In this document: positions 8,870 through 19,372 of the stretch, piece after piece
Numbering within the stretch: position 1 is the first letter of the stretch
How the letters are laid out: the number at the start of each line of letters is the position of its first letter
Origin: Nitrospira sp.
GTDB taxonomy: Bacteria; Nitrospirota; Nitrospiria; Nitrospirales; Nitrospiraceae
Assembly (NCBI GenBank): GCA_024331095.1
Contig: JANDJE010000003.1
Span: 35,768 to 99,767, forward strand
Direction of reading: 5' to 3'
Length of the DNA: 64,000 nucleotides
Notes under the pieces: model-generated
What the model saw: only the letters and a program-made list of their open reading frames with translations
Databases searched by the model: none
What the model was told of the DNA's origin: nothing
Made by a program: the position numbers and the translations under genes

Positions 8870-10852
8870 ATGATTCCAGAAATCGGTCACTTTGCCTTGA
8901 TCCTTGCGTTGTGCGTCGCGCTCGTGCAAGGAACGCTCCCTATCTATGGAGCGGCCGTCGGCAATTCCAGGTTGATGGCCCTCGCGGCGCCGGCGGCGCG
9001 CTGCCAATTCTTTCTCGTGCTCACGGCCTTCGGCTGCCTGGCCTACGCCTTCGCGAACAAGGATTTTTCCGTGTTGTACGTGGCGGCGACGTCCAATTCC
9101 CAGTTGCCTCTTCATTATCGGTTGGCGGCCATCTGGGGAGCGCATGAGGGGTCGTTGCTCTTGTGGACGTTCATCCTCACGATTTGGATGTTTGCCGTGA
9201 CGTTGTTCTCGTCCCATTTGCCGGAGGCGATGCGTTCGCGCATTCTCGGGGTGATGGGGCTGGTGAGCGTGGGGTTTCTTCTGTTCATGTTGAGCGTGTC
9301 CAATCCGTTTGAGCGGCTCATTCCGGCCGCGGCCGAGGGGCGCGATCTGAATCCCCTTTTGCAAGATCCCGGCATGGTGCTCCATCCCCCAATGCTGTAC
9401 ATGGGCTACGTCGGGTTCTCCGTGGCGTTCGCTTTTGCGTTGGCCGCGCTCTTGGGCGGCAACCTTGATGCGGCCTGGGCCCGCTGGTCGCGACCCTGGA
9501 CGACGGTGGCCTGGTGTTTTCTGACAATCGGAATCGCGCTGGGCAGCGGATGGGCCTATTACGAATTGGGGTGGGGCGGATGGTGGTTTTGGGATCCGGT
9601 CGAAAATGCTTCGTTCATGCCGTGGTTGGCGGGGACCGCGCTGGTCCATTCGCTCGCCGTAACCGATAAACGAGGCGGATTCAAGGTGTGGACGGTGCTG
9701 CTCGCCATCCTGGCCTTTTCGCTGAGTTTGCTCGGAACCTTCCTGGTTCGGTCCGGCGTCTTGACGTCCGTCCACGCGTTCGCGACGGATCCCAAGCGCG
9801 GCTTGTTTATTCTGTCGTTTTTGGCCGTCGTGATCGGCGGGTCTCTGCTGTTGTACGCCTGGCGCGCTCCGAGGGTGGGGTTGGGGGGAGGCTTCGCTCC
9901 CGTGTCGAGGGAAGGCTTCCTGTTGGCCAACAACGTGCTTTTGGTCGCGGCAACCGGGGCCGTGCTGTTGGGAACGTTGTATCCGTTGTTTCTCGATGCG
10001 CTGGACCTGGGGAAAATTTCCGTCGGTCCGCCCTATTTCGATTCGGTCTTCGTTCCGTTGATTACGCCGGCGCTCTTTTTGATGGGCATCGGCCCGCTGG
10101 CTCAATGGAAAAAGGCCGAGATCCCTGACTTGGCGAAGCGGGTGCGCTGGGCCGCCGGCGTCAGTGTGTTGACGGCCTTGGGTTTGCCGATCGTTCTGGG
10201 AGAATGGACGCCGTTGCTCAGTTTGGGGTTCCTCCTGGCGTGCTGGATCGTGGCGACCGCCGTCGTATCGGTGCGAGAGCAGCTCGCCCATATGGTCGGA
10301 GGGGGCATCGGCGCGCGTCTCGCGAGATTGCCGAGAGCCTATTGGGGAATGCTCCTGGCTCATTGCGGGATCGCCGTGTTCGTGGTCGGGGTCACGATGG
10401 TCAAGGGGTTTGAGACGGAGCAGGACGTTCGGATGGGCATGGGGGATGTCGCGACCGTCGGCGGATATACGTTTCGGTTCGACGGCGTGCAGAACGTGAG
10501 AGGCCCCAACTATACGGCGGTGCGCGGGACGTTCCATGTGAGCCGCGACGGTCGAGAAACCGCTCTGTTGTATCCGGAGAAACGACGCTATACGGCTCAA
10601 AATCAGGTGATGACGGAAGCCGCAATCGACAGCGGAGTGGTGCGGGATCTGTACGTGTCCTTGGGTGAGCCGTTGGAGGATGGAGCATGGAGCGTCCGGC
10701 TGTATCATAAGCCGTTCGTGAATTGGATCTGGGGCGGATGTTTGATCATGGCTTTGGGCGGTGCGTTGGCCGTCAGTGACCGGCGCTATCGCCCCGCTTG
10801 GAGGCGTGAACCGCAAGCGGTGCCGGCGAACGTACAACTGGCCGGCCGGTAA
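8870..10852 (+). CDS. ccmF: Cytochrome c heme lyase CcmF
   Basis: WAYYELGWGGWWFWDPVENAS, HPPMLY, SVHAFA. Confidence 0.98.
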   Translation: MIPEIGHFALILALCVALVQGTLPIYGAAVGNSRLMALAAPAARCQFFLVLTAFGCLAYAFANKDFSVLYVAATSNSQLPLHYRLAAIWGAHEGSLLLWTFILTIWMFAVTLFSSHLPEAMRSRILGVMGLVSVGFLLFMLSVSNPFERLIPAAAEGRDLNPLLQDPGMVLHPPMLYMGYVGFSVAFAFALAALLGGNLDAAWARWSRPWTTVAWCFLTIGIALGSGWAYYELGWGGWWFWDPVENASFMPWLAGTALVHSLAVTDKRGGFKVWTVLLAILAFSLSLLGTFLVRSGVLTSVHAFATDPKRGLFILSFLAVVIGGSLLLYAWRAPRVGLGGGFAPVSREGFLLANNVLLVAATGAVLLGTLYPLFLDALDLGKISVGPPYFDSVFVPLITPALFLMGIGPLAQWKKAEIPDLAKRVRWAAGVSVLTALGLPIVLGEWTPLLSLGFLLACWIVATAVVSVREQLAHMVGGGIGARLARLPRAYWGMLLAHCGIAVFVVGVTMVKGFETEQDVRMGMGDVATVGGYTFRFDGVQNVRGPNYTAVRGTFHVSRDGRETALLYPEKRRYTAQNQVMTEAAIDSGVVRDLYVSLGEPLEDGAWSVRLYHKPFVNWIWGGCLIMALGGALAVSDRRYRPAWRREPQAVPANVQLAGR

Positions 10853-10857
10853 ACGGC

Positions 10858-11385
10858 ATGAGTCGATTTCTGTTGCCTCTCACGATTTTTGCAGTCATGG
10901 TGGGGTTTCTCGCGGTGGGACTGACGTTGAATCCGCGGGAGATCCCCTCTCCGCTGATCGGCAAGGCCGCGCCTGCGTTTTCACTTCCCCAACTGCACGA
11001 TGACGGCAAGACGTTGTCATTGGATGATATGAAGGGCCAGGTATGGCTGCTCAACTTCTGGGCCTCATGGTGCAGTGGGTGCAGGACCGAGCATCCGGTC
11101 CTCATGGATTTTGCCCGATCCGGCGTCGCGCCGATTTATGGAATGGATTACAAAGATCAAAGGGATGAAGCCCTGGCGTGGTTGGATCAGTGGGGCAATC
11201 CCTATCAGGTTGTGGCCGTCGACGCGGCGGGTCGGGTCGGGATCGACTACGGCGTCTACGGTGTGCCGGAAACCTACGTGATCGATAAGCAGGGCGTCAT
11301 CCGCTATAAACAGATCGGACCGTTGGACGATGAAACGGTGACCAAGAAAATCCTGCCCTTGATACAGGAGCTGCAAGCGAAGTGA
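10858..11385 (+). CDS. ccmG: Thiol:disulfide interchange protein CcmG/DsbE
   Basis: NFWASWCSGC thioredoxin motif, GVYGVPET. Confidence 0.95.
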   Translation: MSRFLLPLTIFAVMVGFLAVGLTLNPREIPSPLIGKAAPAFSLPQLHDDGKTLSLDDMKGQVWLLNFWASWCSGCRTEHPVLMDFARSGVAPIYGMDYKDQRDEALAWLDQWGNPYQVVAVDAAGRVGIDYGVYGVPETYVIDKQGVIRYKQIGPLDDETVTKKILPLIQELQAK

Positions 11386-11843
11386 CCTGGTTGTTCTCTC
11401 TGCTGTTGCTTGTCGCAGGGTCGGCATGGGCCGGAGAAGCGAGGCCCCTGGGAGACGATCCCGCCGTTGAAGCGCGTCTGAAACAATTGGCCGGAGAGCT
11501 TCGCTGCCTGGTTTGCCAGAATCAAACCCTCGCCGATTCCAATGCGCCGCTGGCGGAAGATTTGCGCCGTGAAGTCCGCGAGATGATCGTCAAGGACATG
11601 AGCGATCGGGAGATCGTCGATTTTCTCGTATCACGGTACGGAGATTTTGTCCTGTACCGCCCTCCTCTCAAGACCACCACCGTGCTGCTATGGGCGGGAC
11701 CCTTCGTCTTGCTGGTCGGAGGAGGAATCGCGCTCGCAGTGACGTTGAGGCGTCGGCAAAGAATGGTAGAGAACGCGGTCATTACGGATGAAGAGCATCG
11801 GCGCGTGGAGCGGCTGCTCTCCCAAGGAGTGAAAGAATCATGA
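11382..11843 (+). CDS. ccmH: Cytochrome c biogenesis protein CcmH
   Basis: LRCLVCQNQ, RYGDFVLYRPP. Confidence 0.95.
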   Translation: MTWLFSLLLLVAGSAWAGEARPLGDDPAVEARLKQLAGELRCLVCQNQTLADSNAPLAEDLRREVREMIVKDMSDREIVDFLVSRYGDFVLYRPPLKTTTVLLWAGPFVLLVGGGIALAVTLRRRQRMVENAVITDEEHRRVERLLSQGVKES

Positions 11844-13141
11844 CGCTCGCATTCGGATTGATCGCCACGGCTCTGATTATGATCATTCTGGGAGTTCTTC
11901 TGCGTCCGCTTTTAAAGCAGGCCACTATAGGAACGGGCGTGGAGCGGGAGAAGACGTTGCCGGTCTATCGACAGCAATTCGCCGAACTCGAACAGGACAA
12001 ATCCAGCGGATTGTTGACGGAGGAGCAATACCTGGCGGCGCGCCAGGAATTGGAACGTCGTCTGTTGGAGGAGGTGGGCGTGACAGAAAAAGGCACGACG
12101 GCGGCCCGGCCGATGAACGTGAAATACGTCGCGGTGGCGCTCGTCGTGCTTATTCCGATAGCAAGCGGGGTCTTGTACTGGTCCTTGGGCAATCCGGTGG
12201 CCATGACGCATCCGGCAGCGGGGGCGTTCTCCACTTCGCAGGGTGACGTGGACGATGATCGTCTGATGGCGGAGGGACTCAATACGTTGATCGAACGACT
12301 GAAACAGAAACTGGAGCAGAATCCCGATGATGTGACGGGGTGGACCCTCTTGGCTCGCTCCTATATGGCGATGGATCGCTATGCCGAAGCCGTGCCGGTT
12401 TTTGAAAAAGCCGTAACGCTGAATCCCAACGACGCGGGCCTGCTCGCGGATTATGCCGATGCGCTCGGGGTTCATCAGGGACGCAAACTCGAAGGCAAGC
12501 CCGAGGTTCTGATTCAGAAAGCGCTACGGCTTGATCCCAATAACGTGAAAGCGTTGATGCTTTCGGGAACCGTGGCCTTTAACCGAAAGGATTTTGCCTC
12601 GGCCGTCAAGGATTGGGAACTGGCGCGCGCGAATCTCCCTCCGAATTCCGATCCGGAATCCACCGAACAACTCATGGCCAGCATCAACGAAGCAAAGCGG
12701 CGGATGGGCGGAGCTCCGTTGATGGCGATGGCAAATGCCGCGCTCGCCGAGTCGTCGGTTCCGGCCGATCATCCTCCGATCAAGAAACGAGGCGGATCGC
12801 ATGCGATCACCGGCAAGGTGATTTTGGGGCCCGGCATGGAAGCCAAGTCTTCCGGAGCCGATACGTTGTTCGTCTTTGCGAAGGATCCGAACGGTCCGCC
12901 AATGCCGGTCTCGATCGTGCGCGCGACGAAAAAGGATCTGCCGTTTACCTTTAGGCTGGACGATTCGACCAGTCCGATGCCCTCCCGCAAATTATCCGAC
13001 CTCGAGACGGTGGTGATTGTGGCGCGCCTCTCTCGATCAGGGACGGCCATGCCTGGGAGCGGAGACCTTGAAGGGATGAGCCAGCCGATCAAGCCGGGAA
13101 CGGAAGGTATTACGATCGTCATTGATCGTCAGCGACCGTGA
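11840..13141 (+). CDS. ccmI: Cytochrome c biogenesis TPR protein CcmI/CycH
   Basis: N-terminal TM + YRQQFAELEQD, TPR region, C-terminal GPPMP...FRLDD domain. Confidence 0.92.
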   Translation: MTLAFGLIATALIMIILGVLLRPLLKQATIGTGVEREKTLPVYRQQFAELEQDKSSGLLTEEQYLAARQELERRLLEEVGVTEKGTTAARPMNVKYVAVALVVLIPIASGVLYWSLGNPVAMTHPAAGAFSTSQGDVDDDRLMAEGLNTLIERLKQKLEQNPDDVTGWTLLARSYMAMDRYAEAVPVFEKAVTLNPNDAGLLADYADALGVHQGRKLEGKPEVLIQKALRLDPNNVKALMLSGTVAFNRKDFASAVKDWELARANLPPNSDPESTEQLMASINEAKRRMGGAPLMAMANAALAESSVPADHPPIKKRGGSHAITGKVILGPGMEAKSSGADTLFVFAKDPNGPPMPVSIVRATKKDLPFTFRLDDSTSPMPSRKLSDLETVVIVARLSRSGTAMPGSGDLEGMSQPIKPGTEGITIVIDRQRP

Positions 13142-13225
13142 GGTTCTTTTGCCAGATCTTCGTTAAAACATTTAGGTGCCGCGCGAATTTCAGGAGGCCG
13201 GATTCTCGTGACATCCGAAATATTC

Positions 13226-13255
13226 TTGACAATTGATGAGCCATTGGGATATATG
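13226..13255 (+). promoter_or_regulatory. Putative sigma70 promoter of hao operon
   Basis: TTGACA at 13226-13231, then 17-18 bp, then ATATAT/TATATG; AT-rich leader before haoA. Confidence 0.55.
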
Positions 13256-13384
13256 AGCGCGGCGCTCAAGAACCGTGGTGTGCGCGGCGTGTTGGATTCT
13301 GAAATTTTTTAAATTGAAAGATATTTCAGTATTCGTGAAGTAAACGTGGGATGTGACCCACTATCAAACAAAAGGAGCGTGACG

Positions 13385-15094
13385 ATGAGCAGCAAGTTTG
13401 CGCAGAAGTTTGTTATGCTCGTCTGCGGCGTTTTACTGGCCGCACCGGCGCAAGCGGACTTCCCGACGGTGCCGAAGGAAACTTATGAGGCACTGAAGAT
13501 CGACCGTTCGGCTTCTCCAAAGGAACTGTACGAGGCTCTGGTGAAGAGATATCTCGATCCTGAGCAGGGGGCCGGAAAGGGAATTTACGGTCAGTACTGG
13601 GAGCCCGTCACTTTCAGCAAATATTTCGACCCCACGACGTTCTATAAGCCGCCTCAGGCTGTCAAGGAAGTTGCCAGCCGTGAACAGTGCGTCAAATGCC
13701 ATACGGATGAATCACCGGGGTGGGTGGCTGCGTGGAAGCGTAGTACACATGCCAATCTCGATAAGATTCGTAAACTGACACCGAAGGATGAAACCTATTA
13801 CAAGAAGGCGAAGCTTGAGCAAATCGAGGAAAACCTTCGGTCGATGGGCAAGTTGGGCAAGGGGGAGCAGCTAAAAGAAGTTGGGTGTATTGATTGTCAC
13901 TTTGAAGTCAATGCAAAGGGCAAGGCTGATCATCGCAAAGACATTAAGCTGGCGACGGCGAACACCTGCGGCACTTGCCACCTGCAGGAATTCGCTGAGC
14001 GGGAGTCAGAGCGGGATACTATCATATGGCCGAAAGATCAGTGGCCCAAGGGGCGCCCCTCGCACGCTTTGGATTATAAGGCCAACGTAGAGGTCGATGT
14101 TTATGCCGGGATGCCTCAAAGGGAAATTGCTGACGGTTGCACCGGTTGTCACGTCAATCAGAACAAGTGCGATACTTGTCACTCGCGTCATGAATTCTCG
14201 GTGGCTGAATCGCGCAAGCCTGAGAATTGCGCCCAGTGTCACAGCGGGGCCGACCACAATAACTGGGAGGCGTACTCTCTTTCTAAGCATGGATTGAAGT
14301 ATCAGAGAGACAAAGACAAGTGGAATTTCAATATTCCTATTAAGGAAGCCATTGCCAAGGGCGGAATGAGTGCGCCCACGTGTCAATTCTGCCACATGGA
14401 GTATCAAGGTAAGATAGCTCATAATGTGGTGCGCAAGGTTCGGTGGGCAAACTATCCGTTCGTTCCTGGCATCCGAGAGAATATCTCGACCGATTGGTCA
14501 GAGAAGCGTCTCGATGCGTGGGTCAAGACCTGTACAAACTGTCACTCGGAAAGTTATGCTCGTGCCTGGTTGGAATTCATGGACAAGGGGACATATTCCG
14601 GTCTCGATAAGTACGATGAGGCGCATCACGTAGTTGAAGAGCAGTACAAGGCTGGGTTGTTGACGGGACAAAAAACCAACAGGCCTGCGCCGCCTCCTCC
14701 GGTAAAGGACGGCTTTGAGCAGTTCTTCCAGATTTATTGGTCAAAGGGGAATAACCCTGCGGCCAACGAGCTCAAGCTATTTGAAATGGCGGAGGACCAC
14801 CTGGTTCAATTGCATGTCAGCTTGGCTCACCAGTATTGGGGATATACCTATACGGTTGGTTGGGCTGCCATGAATCGAGCCTATGTGGAAATCATGGACG
14901 ATGACACTCGGCTTAAGGAAATGCAAAAGTTGCTGGCCCGTGTCGATAAGCTCGAAAGCGAGCGCAAGCACTCTCTGCTGGATCTCGATGGTCCTGGTGG
15001 AAAGCTGTCGATTGGAGGATTGGGCGGTGGCATGATGCTGGCTGGTACATTGGCAATCGCTGGCTGGCGTCGACGAGAGAGGAAAGATCGTTGA
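13385..15094 (+). CDS. haoA: Hydroxylamine dehydrogenase (octaheme HAO)
   Basis: Eight CxxCH motifs (CVKCH, CIDCH, CGTCH, CTGCH, CDTCH, CAQCH, CQFCH, CTNCH), signal peptide, GYTYTVGW cross-link Tyr region, C-terminal TM; AAGGAG RBS. Confidence 0.97.
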   Translation: MSSKFAQKFVMLVCGVLLAAPAQADFPTVPKETYEALKIDRSASPKELYEALVKRYLDPEQGAGKGIYGQYWEPVTFSKYFDPTTFYKPPQAVKEVASREQCVKCHTDESPGWVAAWKRSTHANLDKIRKLTPKDETYYKKAKLEQIEENLRSMGKLGKGEQLKEVGCIDCHFEVNAKGKADHRKDIKLATANTCGTCHLQEFAERESERDTIIWPKDQWPKGRPSHALDYKANVEVDVYAGMPQREIADGCTGCHVNQNKCDTCHSRHEFSVAESRKPENCAQCHSGADHNNWEAYSLSKHGLKYQRDKDKWNFNIPIKEAIAKGGMSAPTCQFCHMEYQGKIAHNVVRKVRWANYPFVPGIRENISTDWSEKRLDAWVKTCTNCHSESYARAWLEFMDKGTYSGLDKYDEAHHVVEEQYKAGLLTGQKTNRPAPPPPVKDGFEQFFQIYWSKGNNPAANELKLFEMAEDHLVQLHVSLAHQYWGYTYTVGWAAMNRAYVEIMDDDTRLKEMQKLLARVDKLESERKHSLLDLDGPGGKLSIGGLGGGMMLAGTLAIAGWRRRERKDR

Positions 15095-16140
15095 TCGCAA
15101 CGCCTACGCTGAGCGAGCCTGTTAAGGCTCGCTCAGCCAGCAAGTTCCTCCCGTCGCTGGGAATTCTCCTGGTGGCGGGAGGCCTTTTTTTAGTGGGGTG
15201 GTTTGTCTATCTGTGGTTTCAACCGGAACCGCCGCCTTATCACTATCGTGTGGTTGAGGAGGGTGCTGCGGATAGATTCCCCGACCTGGGATTGGATAAT
15301 TATCCGAATCTGACAATCAGTAAGCTTGAAGTGCGAGTGGATGCAATCGATCAACCGCTCGCTTTTGTCTATCGCGCAAGCCGCTCCGGCTTCGACCCTG
15401 TTCTTTTGCATGTAGAAAATAAGTTTCCAGAGCCGATTTTGTCCATGGAAGAGGGTCTTTCTGAAACGATTGCCGTATCGTCTGCCATCGCTAAACATGT
15501 GCCGAACGATGCCATCATCGTCGCATGGTGGGACACTTCAAGGAAATTGGCTCTTTTGTCCGATCGACCGACACTCTTCAGCGCTTATCTTGGTTTGCCG
15601 GTTATCGCCCCATCGTACTGGAGAGATCGATTCCAAGCGATTGAACAGTACGAGCAAAAGTTCTGGGGAAGCCGGACCTCCTCGGAAGAACGCGCACGGT
15701 TTGATCGATTTGTTGAAGCTCTTATGGCTTATCCCCGTCAGGGTGCGGCAATGTTGCGCGAGCTGGTTGGTTCGCGAGAAGCGTACGTGGTCGTGCATGT
15801 GAGCGATATTTATAAGTTGGGGCTGATGCGCCCTGATCGCATAGACGTTGCTTTTAAGGATTTTCCCTTGACTGGAAATGTACATGGACTCAGCGGGCAG
15901 GTGAAGGCCTGGCTGGCGAACAACGATTACACAAGCTATACGCTTCAGTCTCTCTCGGAGAAGCAAGTGCGCGCGTATTTTCTCCGAGAAAGCGGAGCCA
16001 GCAACATACTGCTGGCCAAAATGCTGCCGTTTTCCAACTTTAGGCCGATGGATCTTGATGCATTGCAATTGATACATAAAGAGGGTGGGTATTGGATATA
16101 CAAAATTCCTTCGGCCGAAGAGATTCAACGGCAAAACTAA
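15091..16140 (+). CDS. haoB: Hydroxylamine oxidation protein HaoB (orf2)
   Basis: Overlaps haoA stop, N-terminal TM, AWWDTSR motif, canonical position. Confidence 0.9.
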   Translation: MIATPTLSEPVKARSASKFLPSLGILLVAGGLFLVGWFVYLWFQPEPPPYHYRVVEEGAADRFPDLGLDNYPNLTISKLEVRVDAIDQPLAFVYRASRSGFDPVLLHVENKFPEPILSMEEGLSETIAVSSAIAKHVPNDAIIVAWWDTSRKLALLSDRPTLFSAYLGLPVIAPSYWRDRFQAIEQYEQKFWGSRTSSEERARFDRFVEALMAYPRQGAAMLRELVGSREAYVVVHVSDIYKLGLMRPDRIDVAFKDFPLTGNVHGLSGQVKAWLANNDYTSYTLQSLSEKQVRAYFLRESGASNILLAKMLPFSNFRPMDLDALQLIHKEGGYWIYKIPSAEEIQRQN

Positions 16141-16279
16141 GGACGTGCGGCGTGAAAACTGTGATGATAATTAGCATGCAGTCATGGTATTTTAAATATG
16201 GGCAAGCGGGTTAAAGACAATAAAGGGCATGCAGTTATTCCGTGCGAACAAAAGTTCTTTTTTAGTGAAAGGAGTTACC

Positions 16280-16999
16280 GTGAACTATCGAGCGATATCC
16301 GCACTTGCCGCGGTAGCGGTGTTTCTTGCATTAACAGGAACTGCGTCAGCCGAGGGAACGTTTGAGGGCAGAAAAAAATGTTACAACTGTCATAAAGGCC
16401 AGGGAGAATCGTGGGATAAAACGCTTCATGCTAAAGCGATGGAATCCCTCAAGCCGAATACCAGGAAAGAAGCGAAGCTCAAGGCCAAGCTTGATCCTAA
16501 AAAGGACTATACAAAGGATAAAGATTGCGTGGGATGCCATGTGACCGGCTGGGGCAAGGAAGGCGGATATACAGTTGAAGAGCCGGACAAGTTTCTCGTG
16601 GGCGTGGGCTGTGAGTCTTGCCATGGGGCAGGGAGCGATTATCGAAAGATCCACCGGAAAGCCGGCGAGGCATTTGAAAAGTCTCAAAAGCAGACTCCTC
16701 GCGAGTCGCTGGCTGAAGCGGGGCAAGACTTTGAGTTTGTGGAGAAATGTAATGCGTGCCATCTGAACTACGAAGGGTCCGGATGGAAGGGGGTCAAGAA
16801 GCCGTACACTCCTTTTACCCCGACCGTTGATAAGAAATACGCGTTTGACTTTGACAAATCAGTTCGAAACGATAAAGCAATGCATGACCATTTCAAGTTG
16901 GCTGGCACATTTACCGGGCCTCCAACTCCGAAGTTCCATGAAGAATTCCAGAAGAACGCCAAGCCGCCTGTAAAAGCGGACAAGGTCGAGGAGGACTGA
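16280..16999 (+). CDS. cycA: Cytochrome c554 (tetraheme)
   Basis: CYNCH, CVGCH, CESCH, CNACH; KLDPKKDYTKDKDC; AAGGAG RBS before GTG 16280. Confidence 0.95.
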   Translation: MNYRAISALAAVAVFLALTGTASAEGTFEGRKKCYNCHKGQGESWDKTLHAKAMESLKPNTRKEAKLKAKLDPKKDYTKDKDCVGCHVTGWGKEGGYTVEEPDKFLVGVGCESCHGAGSDYRKIHRKAGEAFEKSQKQTPRESLAEAGQDFEFVEKCNACHLNYEGSGWKGVKKPYTPFTPTVDKKYAFDFDKSVRNDKAMHDHFKLAGTFTGPPTPKFHEEFQKNAKPPVKADKVEED

Positions 17000-17604
17000 T
17001 GTCAGGAAAGGCCGGTACACTCATTCTTGGTGCGGTTCTGGGTATCGCGGGTGTCGCTGTCGTGTTTGGGGGCGAGGCCGCGATATCGAGAACAGAGTTT
17101 TGCATAAGCTGTCATTCTGAAATTTATCCCTACGAAGAGTTGAAAAAGTCTTCTCATTGGGGCGCCCTTGGGATGGACCCGGGTTGCAAGGATTGCCATG
17201 TGCCGCAAGGTTTTTCTAACTTCCACAAGGCGATTTACACCCATGTGGTGGACGGCGTACCGTTCTTGATCAAAGAATTCACGACGGACTATTCCACGGT
17301 TGAGAAATTCAATGAGCATCGTCCGGAAGCTGCATACCGGGCGCGAATGAAACTCAAGGAATGGGATAGCTTGACGTGTCGGGCTTGCCACAAGAATACA
17401 AAGCCCCCTGGTGCCTCCGCGAAAGCAGCTCATGCAAAGATGCAAACCGAAGGCGCGACTTGTATTGATTGCCATCAGAACCTGGTGCATAAGAAGGTCC
17501 CCGAGCATGATCTCAATGCCAGTTTGGCTCAGGGGAAACCTGTGTTGAAGGAAGTGAAAAAGAAGAAGGACGAGGACGAAGAGGAGGATGGAAAGGACGA
17601 CTAA
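16999..17604 (+). CDS. cycB: Cytochrome cM552 (NapC/NirT family tetraheme)
   Basis: N-terminal TM, CISCH, CKDCH, CRACH, CIDCH, acidic C-terminal tail. Confidence 0.95.
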   Translation: MSGKAGTLILGAVLGIAGVAVVFGGEAAISRTEFCISCHSEIYPYEELKKSSHWGALGMDPGCKDCHVPQGFSNFHKAIYTHVVDGVPFLIKEFTTDYSTVEKFNEHRPEAAYRARMKLKEWDSLTCRACHKNTKPPGASAKAAHAKMQTEGATCIDCHQNLVHKKVPEHDLNASLAQGKPVLKEVKKKKDEDEEEDGKDD

Positions 17605-17680
17605 CGATTTGTTCTTCGTCGCTCGTCGTGTGAGCTGATCTGTTCCAGAACGAATGTTTCAGAAGCAAGCATGAACTTGC

Positions 17681-17719
17681 AGGGGGGTGCCTGACATTCA
17701 GGTCAGGCACCCCCCTTTC
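17681..17719 (+). terminator. Rho-independent terminator of hao operon
   Basis: aggggggtgcctgac-attcag-gtcaggcacccccct 15-bp perfect stem followed by ttc. Confidence 0.8.
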
Positions 17720-17841
17720 AGTTCGATGTCATGAGCTTTTGCAGGATCAACAAAATTCTCTATTTGATAGAGAAAAGATCCTCTTTCTTCGTGTAGCCAA
17801 CCACACATCAGGGCCCCGGTCTGTCAAGGTGTGAGAATCTA

Positions 17842-18606
17842 TTAATTGGGGCCGAAAAGTCTGGCGATGCCGTTGCTAATCGTGCCGGTTGCAACGCGTT
17901 TTCTCAACGTTTCACGCCAACGCTCGCTAAGAAGGTGGCATTCCAACAGCCTTCGTGCCGCATCACCGTCTTGTGGGCATTGGTGCATCACTTGATTGGC
18001 CGCGTGCACGGTCCATTGGGGATAAGGGCGTTGGGTCAAGACCATCTGCGCTCCAGGCTCGACCATTCCTTCTTTGAGGACGCGGAAATACCAGCCGGTG
18101 CGACCCGTTTCCTGAACTTTGAGCGCGAAATCCCGCATGCGCCATCGCCGCGACAGTTTCCAACACGGTTGTCGAGGCTGCGAGATCTGAACGACGGCTT
18201 CTCCGACCGTAAACATGTCTCCGATACAGACGTCGGATTCCAAACACCCGGTCGTCGTAAAGTTTTCTCCAAAGGCGCCATAAGGCAAATCTGCCAATCC
18301 GAGCGCGTGTTCCCAATAGCTATAGTGTTCCAATGGGTAGACGTTGATCGCTTTTTCGGAACCGCCATGATTTACGAGATCCGCTTGGCCATCGCCTTCC
18401 AAGTTGCATAGTCCGACTCGGACGGGCCCGCGAACGGGCTCCTTGAAAAAGCCCGTTGTCCATGGAGAGTCCATTCGATCTGTCGCGTCTGCGCTGCCGA
18501 ATGCGCGCGGCATCCCGACTTGAATTGAACGCAACGTGGCGACAAAGAAGCGACCCTGCGTATCGTCTCCACCGCGGTGTTGAACGATAGAATCGGTTGT
18601 TTCCAA
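17842..18606 (-). CDS. MOSC domain protein (YiiM-like, with 3-alpha tail)
   Basis: GDGQADLVNHGG, GAFGENFTT, QPRQPCWKL, GRTGWYFRVL; true start uncertain. Confidence 0.9.
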   Translation of the reverse strand: METTDSIVQHRGGDDTQGRFFVATLRSIQVGMPRAFGSADATDRMDSPWTTGFFKEPVRGPVRVGLCNLEGDGQADLVNHGGSEKAINVYPLEHYSYWEHALGLADLPYGAFGENFTTTGCLESDVCIGDMFTVGEAVVQISQPRQPCWKLSRRWRMRDFALKVQETGRTGWYFRVLKEGMVEPGAQMVLTQRPYPQWTVHAANQVMHQCPQDGDAARRLLECHLLSERWRETLRKRVATGTISNGIARLFGPN

Positions 18607-18675
18607 AAGGTGGTCTCCTTCTCCAAGTCATTTGAAATATCCGCCGTGGCAGATATCTTGATTGTCTCGCATCAT

Positions 18676-19095
18676 TCATCCCCCGCCGAATTTCATCCCA
18701 TGCTCCCACCCGTAAAGAACCGCTTCGCGGTGTTGGCTCCAGGCACCCAGCGTCCGCTCATCCCATTGAGCCCGCGCTTGGGGTTCGACGATGTTCCAGT
18801 TGACTTTCTGATTCTCCGGATCACGGGCCAGGTCAAACCCGTACTTATAAGCGAGGCGATAATGATTGTAGCTGAATCCCGAGGAGGCGTAGTGCGACCG
18901 GTAATGGGCCTGAAACGAAGATTCAAGGGCGGTGAACCGATCAGGTTCACGGGCTGAGCGAGCCTCCTCCTGCGCGTGCTGCGCGGCAAGCTGCATCGTG
19001 TTCATTCTGGGATGGTTGACCGGCATGAGACGCAGGATGACCCAGACGGCGGGGATGAGCAAAATGAGGAATCGAATCACCGTCGTGGATTTCAT
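18676..19095 (-). CDS. Hypothetical membrane-anchored protein
   Basis: N-terminal hydrophobic helix, Tyr/Trp-rich globular remainder (AYKYG, W..HREAVLYGW). Confidence 0.6.
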   Translation of the reverse strand: MKSTTVIRFLILLIPAVWVILRLMPVNHPRMNTMQLAAQHAQEEARSAREPDRFTALESSFQAHYRSHYASSGFSYNHYRLAYKYGFDLARDPENQKVNWNIVEPQARAQWDERTLGAWSQHREAVLYGWEHGMKFGGG

Positions 19096-19372
19096 AAGAA
19101 ACCTCGGCAGGATGAACAATATGATACGGCGAGTCGATGCAGATTGCCATAGAAACAATTGTCAGCTTGGCAGCTCAGATCCGCCGGACCGCTGGACCAT
19201 TGACGGACCAGTCAGATCATGGGGAGAACAAAAGTGGGAAAAAGGATTTCTCTACACGGCGTCTCGAACAGGGGCAGGTGCCCCGACCTCCGGACGCGAG
19301 ATCGGGGAGGCACCATCTGAGGCTTGGTGTAGAGGTGTACGTTGTGATGAAGCCATCCGTGAAACGGCGTTC

